Origin: Balanoglossus misakiensis
Lineage: Eukaryota; Animalia; Hemichordata
Assembly (NCBI GenBank): GCA_040954595.2
Contig: CM082578.2
Span: 2,772,831 to 2,836,830, forward strand
Direction: 5' to 3'
DNA length: 64,000 nucleotides
This document shows, one piece after another, positions 51,701 to 64,000 of this stretch (the stretch's first letter is position 1; every line of letters begins with the position of its first letter). The notes below the pieces were generated by a model. It searched no databases and was not told the origin of the DNA. It saw only the letters and a list, made by a program, of their open reading frames with translations. A program made the position numbers and the translations under genes.

Positions 51701-54700
51701 GTAACTACGAGCTTCGTAGAGCAGCGTTCGAGTCGACACGTCTCTCTCAACACGCACATACTTCAACTGCGCAATAGGGATGGGGGCGCCTCTTTGTCTA
51801 CTAAATTGTGACGTTGTTACAATTTTAGAGATAACGTGTCGGCCCCCCCCCAAAGAAAGCCGGTGGCCCCCTCAAAGAAAGCCAGTGTTGCTAGTTTGGC
51901 ATTTGTTGCTAGTAAAAAGAATTCTGTAGTAAATATACCAACAAAAGGGGGATGCATTTATACATTTATATTAGTGGGTTTGGAGGAGTTCTTCCATTAA
52001 GTCAGCAGGCTCACCCTGACAAAGAAAAATGTGGACCTTGTCAAAAATGTAGCATATCATCAACTCCAAGATGGTACCACATACTGGGTACAGTAACTAA
52101 GCCAGACAATTTCAAAGATTGGGTTGTAAAAAGAAATGAATTTATCTCCATCTGGTTGTCTATGCAATAGCTGCAGAATATGTGTAGAAAAAGACTTTGA
52201 AGCACAAGCCCAGGGTAGTACCGAACAGGCACCTCATCAAAAAGACAAAACGTGTCACATTTGTGGAAATGTCTCTTGCCACAAAACCAGGGTGGGTGAT
52301 AAAACCAGATTTCTAGCCATTGTCATAAACGCTTGACCTATTCTACTCTAAAATATCCCCACAATCCAGAGTTACTAATGGAGCACTTTACTGAACATGG
52401 GGACTATCCTGGATTAAAACTGGATGAAACTAGCACACTGTGTAAAAAGTGCTACATGTCTTTGTACCGCACAGTAGAAAAATGTCACTGAAGTGACACA
52501 GGGTTATCAAACATTATATGTAAACTTCAAGATAATTTGATAATTTTAATCCAGAGGCTGAGCTGGATGAAATAATTTTAATCAAAACAGCAATGCAATG
52601 CATGTTGGGGACAAACTGGTTTTTGGAGAACCCATGTTATTGGTCACAAGCTCACCGACATCACATTACACTTCCTCCTTATGAAAACTCAGGATACAAT
52701 GTGGAAAATGGGAAAATAAATATACTGTGGGATTCTGTGGAAAATATGCAGAAGGTTCAAGAGCGTGTGATGTTTTACACAAAAGGGTGTAAATGTAAGA
52801 AAACAGGATGTAGGAATAATACATGTAAATGCAAAAAGAAGGGCATGATGTGTGGCCCAGGCTGTAATTGCCTGAACTGTGTGAACAATACAATAACAAG
52901 GGCAGGGAACTGCAGACAGAAACTGATGAAATTATTGAAGAAGAAACAAATAATGATGATAATGAAATCACAAATTGTGAAATAGAAGAAATTATTGAGG
53001 ATGAACAAGAATATGATTTACCAGAAGAAAATGTTCTCGAAGTTGATGATAGCACCTTGACAGTGATGATGAAATTGCTGGGTAAAACTAGCAAATGTAT
53101 TTGCCAATGTTACTAACTCAGTGTGGCTGTACGTGGGGGGGGGGGGGGTGCATGCAACATACGCGGTGACTTGCAAGGAGAGTCAGTATTTCGCATAACC
53201 GTAGCCGCAATAATTGTAGCCCTGGTGGACATGGTCGTGCAGGTTGGGCTTTAGCTCACATCGTGTGGTTCGCGGCCGGGCGGCTTGTGCGAAGCTCACT
53301 TTAACGCCGGGAACTTACAGACCTAACTTCGACGCATACACATCGCGCGCAACATCGAAACCCGGAAGTAAGTGACCTGGATCAGTCAACACTGCGTCGT
53401 TTGCGTTTGCAAGGCGGCACTACTCCCATATTTGGACTGAAGTACCCTTGAACTTTCCAAATCATGTGATTAAAATATCGTGATGGCTCACGACCTCCTT
53501 GACCCCGTACCCGTTCGCTGAAAGTTGGCCCGTCGTAGCGTGATAAATCACCATAATGACTGGTGCCGAGATGGGTCGTGAATTGCAAGAAAATGACGCT
53601 AAAAATGGCGGATTTTTTCGTTATCCCAATAATTACTTCATAATACCTCAGAAAAGTTGATTTTTCTTTTTCTTTCGGGGTTTTTAACTGAGATAAACCA
53701 CTTCTAAAAATGTGTTTACATGACAACGGCGAGGGTTGCGAACGCCATGTTTGCAGCGCCCGCGTGTTCGAAAGCGAGGCTCCGGTGATGATAAAATATG
53801 CAAATTCACTACCCAGTTTCTCGACTGTATACGCTTAAAGCTACTAGTATGTACTGCATGTACGGGGGGGGGGGGGTGTTATTGACAATGTTCACAGGGA
53901 CACTGACATTGCAATTATAATTACTGTTAGTGCACTAAATTTTACTAAAAATTTTGCAAATAAATTGGTCAATTCATCTGCTTTGCCTTACAGCTTTGCA
54001 GAGCCTCGCAATTGAATTTTACTTACAATTCTGTTACTCGGTTTTCCTTGTAAATGTGTCCAGTTGGTGAAAATCTTTTCTGCTGGTGGTATGTCAAACT
54101 GATTAGCATCTCCGAACATAATGGTCACATCAGCAAGATTTTCAAGATAGTCACATTCTAACTGCAGTTTGATACTACGTGTATCCAAGATAACTGGCCC
54201 ACTGCCCGGTTTTGTGTTGCTTAGAACAAATTGTGAGAGTTCATCAGTTGTTTCCAGTATGGACTGCATCAACAGACCAATAGCACTGGTTCGGTCATTG
54301 TTGTTGTTGGAGCCAGTTGGATATTCACTCGCTGACTCAGAAGACACAAGTGCTGTGATACCCGCATCCATAATCTGCAGCATATCTGTCATGAATAAGA
54401 AAGTGCACAGCCTGATCAGACCCTACGCTATAGGCAAGAGGTGTATCAGCAGACATTGCTTTAGCTTTGAGTTAACACAGAGATGGGTGCTTCTTAGGGG
54501 CACAAGCGCCTGAGTACTGGTGCACCTGCCCTTTGAATTTGTAATTAGGCACGTGACTTGGTGACTATAATCAAGCGAAATTTTCAAATTGACCTAATTT
54601 GCCCGTTAATGGGGGCATGTACATTCTTTTCGCGATTTTCGTAGACCATGTGGCCAAAATCCCCTGTGCCAAATTTCAAGGTTCTACGCCACGTCGATTC

Positions 54701-57700
54701 TGAGAAGAAGATTTTTATAATATTTTTCGCATTTTTTGGTGGGCTGAGGACGAACACTGGGGCATCGGACTTTGACCGTCATTACGTAATGTTGGATTGC
54801 AGTAGTCCTTGGAAAATCGGCTGAAATACGTAAACAGACCAGTGATTATTGTCCACGGAATGAATTTTGGGACAACACATAATCGGAGTTCAGGCTGAGT
54901 TAGGGCGTTTTATTGAATTACGCTGAGTTTGTTAGCTGTTGCCGTTCAAATGTTTCTATCCAGACCCGGCTACGCTGGTTAACATTGCGGCAGCGGACTT
55001 TGACCCTCACTCGCTAATGTAATTAGCATGGTAGTCACATGTAGTGGGTATTAGTTCGGGAAAGAACCAGTGATTTTCTTGCACGAAGGGAGTATGGTAC
55101 CAGCAATAATCAGAGATCAGGCTTCGTTGCCGTTCAAAAGTTGCTACTTTAGTCGTGACGTTGCAACTGGACATTCAGTATGGGGGTCGGCCCGCAGATG
55201 GCCGTGGGGGTTATCAGGTCGCCCGTAACGGCACGCAGCTACATGCAGCTGTATGGGACCAAAAAAATACGCCCGATTCGGGGGTCACCTGAGACACCTG
55301 CGTAACTCAATAATTATGTGCATGCGTAATTGTGGGGTCAATGAAAGGGATGCTAGCGTGGTATTCGTTGCACATGGATCAATATGAAGTGCGATTTTCC
55401 CGTCAAGTTGTGGGAGACCTTATGTGACCTTTCACCTACTTTTGCTTAATGAGCATCCACAGCAGATGCATGCAGCTTTGGCTTGGGGGGGGGGGCATAT
55501 ACGGATGGGACCATAATGATATACCAAAGGCGGGGTCACCTGTTGCACCTGCCTAAGTCATTGATTTTGTACATTTAATTGGACACTAACCAACAGGGCG
55601 ATATGTGTGGTTTTTGTTCCACAGGGACGAATGTAAGTGTCAGTTGGTTTTTTGCCCAAATGTATAAGGTGATTTGGATGACCTCTGTCGTACAGTGCCA
55701 TATCTCAGCACGTTGTACAGGTGCAGCTTTGGTATTTGGAGGGATGAAACTATCATGAAATGCCAAATACAGGGGGATACCTGTGACACCTGCTTGATTC
55801 ATGTATTACGTGCATGCCTAATGGTAAGCAAAGTGAAGGGGCTGCAAATGAAGGATTTGTTGCATAAACAGGAATGAAATTTTTTTGTAAAATTTTGGGG
55901 TGACCGCAGGTGTCCATTGACCTGCTTTCCATATGTTCGCATGTACAGCATATATAGCGAGGTGTTTGGAGGGGTACGGTAGGACCGTCATGAAATGCTA
56001 AATTTCTGGGGCCACCTTGCGTAACTTATTATTATGGCCATACCTAATTTGACAAACCCAAAGGGCGAGGATTGTCTGTTGTCTTGAATATGAACCAAAT
56101 AGGAATCCAAATTATTGGCCCAATTTTTGGGTACCCTCACCTGACCTTTGAAGTACTTACTGAAGTACTTATACATAGCGTAGAAGTTCACTTTTGGTTG
56201 TTGTGTTTGTACTTGTAGGACATCCATTTCGGGTGGTTGCCTACTTCCCCATATCTCCACATCCAGAGCAAATACGGCCTACGCATTTGAATGGTACAAC
56301 CCTGAATGGAGTCTAATGGTTATTATCTCTATGCTTGGGCCCCTTCAATGCTGCTTGCAGCTTTAATTTAATTTCTTGTTTTCATAAAAATCATTACTTT
56401 AATTTTTGCATCTCAGCATTAAGACGGGGTTGGGACCATTTTGAATTTTAAAATTGGAACAATGTTGCTCTCTTATTCAAAAGATTGCTTGGTGACACTC
56501 AATTGTTATTCTCACCCACCTTTGGCTATAGCTTTGCTTTCTTCTGTTGTGATATTTACACCATCAAGATTTGATATGTAACTGGACAACTGAATAAAAC
56601 TGTTAGCCATCTGTCATAACACATAAGATAGAGACATGTGACAGAAGAAATAATGTATTAATGACCATCACATATCCCTTGCACTTTCCAAGGACCCCCT
56701 TTGTCTATTTGAAATACATTTTCATAATGGTATCATGGCTGAATCCCTATTTAATCATTACAGACATTGTTGACTGCTTGTTATACTTACGTCTGTTATG
56801 GATATATTCGTGAAGTTGGTAATAATAGGTCTGACTAGAGCTGGTCAGTTGGCAAGATACCAGACAACGGTGTGAATAAAAAGAAAAGAAAAAGTATTCA
56901 CTGTTATTTTCTCAACATAGTTATAAGAGCTTTTCTGAACTCTTGTGAGACCTTGCATGGCTAGGCCATTCATATGGGAGGACGTTTTCAAATGAAAATG
57001 GAAAATCAATATATGGTCAATTGTGCAAAATGGCAAAAGGTTATCAGTCACAGATTGGTAGCCATTTTTTTTAATTTCAAGTATGAGATAACATGGCTCT
57101 CGTATTTAAAATCTTGCAAGGTGACCCCTTTAGTTTTATACTCAATTTTGATGAAGAATAATGTAAAGTTGGCGTGTTAAGAGAGATTTTCAAGGCTCAT
57201 ACTACCTAAGCAAGACTACCAACAATCAAACTTACCATTCACTTTGACAATAAATGAGCATGACACTTTATTCCCCGATGGATCAACGGCTTCATACGTC
57301 ACGACAGTGTCACCCAAAGAAAAGTTGCTTCCCTGTTGATGGCTACCGGACACACTAACATCTCCAGAATTATCAGTGGCATTTACATGAGGCCATCTTA
57401 CTTGGACAATAGGATCATCAAGGTATGCAGATTTGTCGGTGACTTCAGGACAGTTGATAATAGGGTTTTCATTGTCTGAAAAAAAAAATTGTAAGAAAAT
57501 TAATTGGATTACATAAATTCCAATCAAAGTATCTTTTAATTCAACAGAACTGAAAGAATATTGTACTTTGAAAGAATAGTGTGTGTTTTGACATATTTCA
57601 ACTATTGATATACAGCATGTATTGGGCCTGATATAAAATAAACATGACGCACTATTTCCTGACAGATCTAGATGCATTAATCCTTAACCGTATTGACGAT

Positions 57701-57988
57701 TAAACTTTTTGATTTAGTGAACATTTAATTCATGAGTAGGATATTTACCTGTTACTGTCACATAAAATGAACATGAAGCACTATTTCCTGAAGGGTCAAG
57801 AGCCTTATAAAACACAACCGTCACACCAATGTTAAAATTACTTCCAGGTTCATGGCTTGCAGATATAGAAACATTCTGAGAATTATCAGATACATGTGGG
57901 GGTCGCCAGGTGACGACTGCAGTGGAATCCTTAAGGGTTGTTGTGGCCTCTATGCCTTCTGGACAGGATATGGTAGGATCTTCCATGC
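36725..57988 (-). CDS. Polycystin-1-like (PKD1L/REJ-type) HYR-HYR-GAIN/GPS ectodomain gene, 5' incomplete
   Basis: Phase-consistent exon chain 57988-57749 (HYR), 57475-57236 (HYR), 56840-56791, 56610-56520, 54385-54027, 50665-50563, 45466-45339, 44965-44737, 44511-44420 (CGYLQERSGTWVTDGCE), 36802-36725 (VSPASNITSTVCICDHLTSFRPATI*); requires skipping the duplicated exons at 38443-42402. Confidence 0.7.
37154..37847. mobile_element. MITE with ~78-bp perfect TIRs at the duplication breakpoint
   Basis: TAAATTTTAGTTACTAGGGAGTATTGATGG...GTGTTTACAAA with its reverse complement at 37770-37847. Confidence 0.8.
38443..42402 (-). pseudogene. Duplicated exon block (HYR, HYR, linker, GAIN N-part)
   Basis: Exons 42402-42163, 41889-41650, 41254-41205, 41024-40934, 38801-38443; the first acceptor is phase 1 but the upstream donor at 44420 is phase 0. 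Confidence 0.7.
42793..44086. repeat. Diverged ~170-bp tandem-repeat element, left TIR deleted
   Basis: Recurring AAGTCCATTCTATGTAAAA...CTTATTGACCCCACTCAAG units; complete copy at 59713-61040. Confidence 0.75.
45717..50313. mobile_element. 4.6-kb foldback element with ~1.5-kb inverted arms, TTAA flanks
   Basis: 45717-~47200 is the reverse complement of ~48680-50313; TTAA at 45713-45716 and 50314-50317; inner arms consist of ~170-bp repeats. Confidence 0.85.
50715..51931. mobile_element. Non-autonomous DNA element with ~300-bp imperfect inverted arms
   Basis: TACCACGGAATTC...GAATTCTGTAGTA ends; arms 50715-51030 and 51655-51931 are complementary. Confidence 0.7.
52560..53116 (+). mobile_element. 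Academ-like transposase C-terminal fragment (Cys-rich Zn finger plus acidic tail)
   Basis: WSQA....LPPYENSGY.....ILWD followed by GCKCKKTGCRNNTCKCKKKGMMCGPGCNCLNCVN, frameshift into an acidic tail; resembles the Cys8 finger described for Academ proteins. Confidence 0.55.
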
Positions 57989-59712
57989 CTGGAAAAGAGG
58001 GTCTGGTTAGAAAAAATATACACTAATAGATTTCCTTGTCATATACTGTGACTTGGCTCAATCTTATCATTCAAACATGGACGGGGAGTTTCACTAGATA
58101 TTCCTTCCAGGGTGCATATCAATAATTGAATGTTGAAACCAATTACAAAATAGCATCAAGGACACTGTGGTCCATTTTAGGGATTACACATGAAGAAGTC
58201 TACAGCGGATTACATATACAGACAGACAGACACACACGCAAACACTGACTGACCCATAAGCTGTCGATGGCATGTGTTTAACACATATTCAGTTATGTAA
58301 ACATGCAGCAATTTGCTGTGTGTAAAAACCCCATAAGGGTTTCTCTCTAAATACAAAGAACTATGTACTGGTAATTTCTCTTCTTGTGATAAAAAAATTT
58401 GTGATATAAGACAAAAACTCCTACAAAATATAAAAATACTGAATTACCTATGATTTTATTGCATAATAATTGTAGAGAATCCCCCCCCCTATTAACTTAC
58501 AACTCAAATTTTAAAGTAATCAGCCATACACTTTCTGAGAAATATATTTTTTAAATCAAAATTGAAAAATATGCCCCTAAAATACAAGATATTGCCCCCA
58601 CAAAACATTGACATTTTCATCATTATTGGTTTTGTAAATCATCATGAGAACTCACCCAGAGACCTTCATATCAAATTTCAAAGCAATGGGGGTAGAGGGT
58701 TCTGAGAAAGAATTTTGACCAAACATGGCAAAACTAACCCCCAAAACATACAATTGAATTCTTCAAGTTGATTTCAAAAACACACATGTACATGTACATC
58801 TTACATGGGGTACCCCTAGGAACATGCCTACCAAATGTCAAAGCAATGTGACAAGCAGTTTTATAGAAACAGATTTTTGACAGAAAATGGCAAAAATTGC
58901 TCAAAATTACAAATATGCAAATTTTGCAACAATTTGAAGAAAACTATGGTAACTCAGACCACCTATATGAAGCTTAAAAGTAAATGTCAAAGAGGGATGG
59001 CTATATCACTTTCACAATTTAAGATTTTTTAACAATAATGTGGAAAAAAATATAAAATTCACTATTTTAGCTCAAAACATACAGGAATGTATGATAGTGC
59101 GGTATGGTATGTCATGAAAAACAGCTCCCGTAGGATTTTTGTGCTAAAATTGTTTTTTTTTGCTGTTTTGGCTTCTATGGGGACCCAACTACCCGAAAAT
59201 GATGGGGTGCAATTTTAAGGGCCCCTCCATCATATTTTTCTGGGGGGGGGGGTACTTCTGTTTTGTGGTATGATGTGTATTCCCGTTGGATTTTTGTGCT
59301 AAAATTGATTTTTGTGCTGTTTTGGCTTCTATGGGGACCCAACTACCCAAAATGATGGGGTGCAATTTTTGGCTAACATTTGGAGTCTGCTTTTGTGTGT
59401 GTAAATTTCCTTTGCTTCTTCTTTTTGAAGGCTTTTTAAGTAAATAAATAGATAAATTGACACTGTGCACACCAGACAAACCACACCATACTCAGGAAAA
59501 TAGTACATTTGTATACACAGTGTATTTCCCTTTGTATGAGTATTGTTTTTATATCATTGGCTTTCAGCATTTATACAATGTATGTTCACATTATTATTGC
59601 CAACGAAGTCAATATTGTGCCAGCTTGTGTCAAGAATAGGAAATTGTTATATAATAGCCAATCAGAGAAATGCATTTTTCAACCAATCAGATTTCATAAT
59701 TCTTATTAGTCC

Positions 59713-61040
59713 AGGAGATAGGTGCCGTTAATCAGAATTTTTGGTAAGGAAAGTTTGAGAAGTCCATTCTATGTAAAAAATGATGCTGATTCCAAAAAAA
59801 GTCAGTCTTATTGACCCCACTCAAGACGAAATTGCCATTTTGGCCATTTTTAACCCCCAAAAAGGTCATCTTTAGAAAACACAAAAACCACACTGATTTC
59901 GTCACACTCTGAGATTTGATGACATATGATATGTTTATTCTATGTAAAATTTGGTGAATAATACGAAAAAAGCTGTCAGATTGACCCAAAACAACACAAA
60001 ATTGCCTTTTTGACAATTTTTTGCCCCCAAAAAATTAAAACACATGGTTTTCTTCATAATGATTTATCTGGTGATATATGGAAAGTCAATTATATGTTAA
60101 AAGTGGTGACTTTAAAAAGTAAAGCGGTTTTTTTGACCTCAATCAATACAAAAATGCCATTTTTGGCCACTTTTTGAGGTCAAAAAAGGTCATTTTTACA
60201 AAAAAACTACAAACTAATTGTTTTCTTCATATTCAGACATCATTTGATATGAAATGTTCATTCTATGTAAAAAATGGTGCTAGAAAACACTCAAAACTTA
60301 CATATTTTCTTCACTTTCGAAGATCTGATAATGTATTATATGCCCACACTTTGTGTGAACAATTTCCAAAAAAGCAGTTTTATTGATGCCACTCAAGATA
60401 AAAGCGCCTTTTTGGCCCAAAAAGCCACTTTTCGAAAATCATTAAAAACAAACTGTTTTCTTCTTCTTCGGAGATTGTATGATATGTGAAAAGTACATTT
60501 TATGTAAAATGGGTGTTGTTTCCAGAAATGCAGTCTTATTGACTTCAACCATGATGAAATCGCCTTTTTGGCTAAGTTTTGCACAAAATTGTTATTTTTA
60601 AGAATATATTAATAGCATTCTCTTTTCTTCATTTTCGGTGATCTTATTATAAAAAAGCCCATTCTATATTGAAACAGGCTTACTGTTCCAAAAACGGAAG
60701 GCTTACTTACCCTATTCAATAGAACATTTTAATTTTGGCCACTTTTTTGTCTAAAATGTTCATTAAAAACAAACATACTAAAGACAAATTGTTTTCTTCA
60801 TATTCAGAGATCTAATCATGTATGAAAAGTCCATTCTGTGTAAAATTATAGCAATAATGGACGACGCCCTGACCATTAACGTTTGTTTATGGGCAAGGGC
60901 GAAGGGAAAGCCAAAAAATTCATGGGCGAGGCTTCTGCTTCTGAGTTTGTATTTGGAGTTTTTGCAAAATTAGCCCAAGTTGAACTCATAATGATCAAAC
61001 CTTCCTTACCAAAAATTCTGATTAACGGCACCTATCTCCT
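59713..61040. mobile_element. TIR element filled with ~170-bp repeats
   Basis: TIR AGGAGATAGGTGCCGTTAATCAGAATTTTTGGTAAGGAA and its reverse complement at ~61002-61040; related ends at ~46535 and ~49500. Confidence 0.78.
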
Positions 61041-61373
61041 AGGGTATATTTCCCTTTACCCATTACCTCGCGTTTATGTAATATGGGTGGGTAGCAGCTT
61101 AGGCTGTCATGGGGATCAAACTATTTCATAAGAAAGGCAATTAACAAAGTGGGCAATTAACTGTGGGCATAGTATAAGATAAAATTGAGAAAGATGGGTT
61201 GGGTTTTCTTAACAGGTTCGAGCAATGAAAACAAATCAAATGGCTCTCTGACATCCACGATAAACATGCAACACTGAATGAAATTCATCTCAGGATGTGG
61301 AAGAAGGACAGACCCAAATTTGTACGCCCCACTGGAACATGGCCATGGGGACAAACAAAACTACTGCAGTTAC

Positions 61374-61919
61374 CTCACAACCATCAGTGACCCAAGTGCC
61401 ACTTCGTTCTTGTAAGTAACCACATCTCACTTGCTTCACAAACATTGCGAAGTTGACCTTCCTTTCTGCATCAGGAAGAGAAAAATATATAGTAGTTAAC
61501 TCTTCAAGGACAATTGCAAAAACTTTTCTTTTCGATCCTTATCAAAACACACTTTGTACAATTACAAAAATAGGAATACTGTAGGAGGACCATACAGTCA
61601 TAGAGATACTTGTCAAAATAAGAATGATGGACGTTTTTTCTATGTATAGTGTCACACGACCGTGTGGTGTTCATGTTGTTCCTAACTTACCATCCGGCAC
61701 AGAAAATGTCAAAAAGTACTCTCCAGTCTTCATGAAGTAATTTTCTGGAATGAATATATTTGAATGATTTCCAGTAAAATTGATGTCCACAGAAAACATG
61801 TAACCTCTGTATTTGTCAGAATATTGGATTTCCTCGCCGAAGACGTAGACTGTAGAGTTCCCATCCATGCTTTGAGAGTTTTCAAGCCAGATAATAACTG
61901 CATGGAACAGCCGCGGTAT
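61374..61919 (-). pseudogene. Duplicated GAIN-B and GPS first-half exons
   Basis: 61919-61691 and 61465-61374 match 44965-44737 and 44511-44420; the preceding exon is deleted in this unit. Confidence 0.7.
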
Positions 61920-64000
61920 CTGAAGAAAAAGGGAAAGATTACTACTGCATACAAAATATGCATTCCTACAATAACATATTTCTGTTGTTTTTGACTAGAA
62001 TGGGGTCAATCAGACTTTTTTTATTTTTACATAGAATGGACTTTTTATATAATCAGATCTCTGAATATGAAGAAAGCAATTTGTCTTTAGTTTAGAAGAA
62101 AATGGAATTTTTTTAGTATTTTCTAAAATGGCCTTTTTGGGCAAAAACTTGCCAAAAAATGCACTTTAATCTTGAGTGGCGCCAATAAACCTACTTTTTT
62201 TGAATACCTACCAAATTTTACACAGGGTGGGTATATAATACATTATCAGATCTCCGAAAGTGAAATATATAAGTTTTGAGTGTTTTCTAAAAATGACATT
62301 TTTGGGGCAAAAAGTGGCAAAAATGGCACATTTGCCTTGAGTGGGGGTGATTAAGGCTTCTATTTCTGGAATCAGAACTATTTTACATAGCATAAACTTT
62401 TCATATATCACATGATCTCTGAATATGAAGAAAACAGTTTGTTTTTAGTTTTTTTGTAAAAATGACCTTTTTTGACCTAAAAAATGTGGCCAAAAATGGC
62501 ATTTTTGTATTGATTGGGGTCAAAAAGACTGTTTTATGTTTTATAGTCACCATTTTACACATAGAATTGACTTTCCATATATCATTAAATCAATCAATAT
62601 GAAGAGAAGAGTGTGTTTTAAGTTCTGTCTAAAAATGACGTTTTTGGGCAAAAAATTGTCAAAAAGGCAATTTTGTCTCGTTTGGGGTCAGTCAGACTGC
62701 TTTTTTCGTAATATCAACTGAGTTTTACATAGAATAGGCATATTATATGTCATCAGATCTTCGAATGTGACGAAAACAGTGTGTTTTTAGTGTTTTCTAA
62801 AAATGACCTTTTTGGGGTAAAAGTGGCAAAATGGCAATTTTGTCTTGGGTGGGGTCAATAAGACTGACTTTTTCGGAATCAGCACCATTTTTTACATAGA
62901 ATGGACTTCACAAACCTTCCTTACTAAAATTTTTGTTTAAAGGCACCTATCTCCTAGGGTAATAACTTGTCATCATAGTCACTAGTTGGTAAGGGTACTT
63001 GGAAGTATGACGTAATGATAACGTAATTGTTTATCATATCAATGTTTTGCAATAATTAGATACTTTTCTCAATCAGCTTTCTGTTGATACCAAACACATC
63101 ACAGTTTTCATCAGTACAATTGCACAGAGACATGTTTTGCAAAACCACACATTTATAGGTGAACAGAACACCATTTTCGTAAGGGTATTTTGACTTATGA
63201 CGTCACTATGATGTCATGATTTGTCATATCACTTTTATTTTGTAATTAATGGAAAGCTTGTTTATTAAGCTTTCTTTTGATACCAAATACTTCCCTGTTG
63301 TTCTAGGTATACATTCAGAGAGACAGTATTTTACAAGACTAGTTTATCCCCCTACGTCAATTTATATGCACTTTTAGGCTTTCCTACATACGTTACCCAA
63401 TATAATTTAGAAGCCAATAACTCGAAAACGCCCCGGTGCCCAGATGGCAAACAAAGTGAATTTTACTCAGTATATGATAGGCTTTCAGAAAAACATTGTC
63501 TCAAAAATTTCCCCAGGGGGGGGGGGGGTAAACCTATTCTGGCTCATGGTCTATGTAGGATATGAGAGTAAAAATCTCGCCAAAATGAATAAGTGGTAGA
63601 GATTGATTATCCATTTTCGCGAGTTTTCCACTCGTGTTTACAAGTGGGTTGGAACTTCTGTGTGATCGAATGTTGATTCACTATATATCCATGTGTAGAA
63701 TAACATAAAAGGTATCTTGTATCAAACATAATTAATGGGAAAAGGGCAGCAAGATAGACTTTGTCCCATTAATGGAAAGACTGGCCTAAAGCAGCATGAT
63801 TCGTATTGTATCAATGATGGAGACATTTCCATGTGGTTAACACCTACCCAAGGATTACATGTTTAACTGCATCACAGAACCCATAGCAGATTCCATTGTT
63901 ACCAATTGTGTGAATAATTCCTTCCATTTCCGTAATTACCAATTTCATCTATTCTACATGTTGTTCATATCCTGCTATATTGGTTGACCAGATGTGCCAA

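Larger units (their letters stand above)
53429..64000. repeat. Segmental tandem duplication, unit 2 (runs off window)
   Basis: Near-identical to 37846-50546; has an extra 58378-59746 and lacks the equivalent of 45037-48536. Confidence 0.95.

Overview
AT-rich, intron-containing animal genomic DNA, probably a marine invertebrate deuterostome such as a hemichordate or echinoderm (inferred from HYR/GAIN exons and the TE spectrum). Most ORF-track entries are spurious. Host genes reconstructed by splicing: (1) at 13.9-27.4 kb, a tandem cluster of an unrecognised 4-exon gene family encoding ~190-200 aa secreted Cys-rich proteins (two intact copies, one nonsense copy, one 5'-truncated copy, one orphan exon); (2) a pseudogenised SLC16/MCT-like exon; (3) on the minus strand, a HYR-HYR-GAIN/GPS polycystin-1-like gene that stops 7 codons after the GPS cleavage site and lies in a near-identical ~15.6-17 kb tandem duplication. 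Mobile DNA includes a frameshifted, truncated DIRS retroelement, a near-intact L2/CR1 LINE, an L1/Tx1 fragment, an Academ-like fragment, several MITE families, a TIR element with GGAAATTTCC-rich 69-bp arrays and a 4.6-kb foldback.
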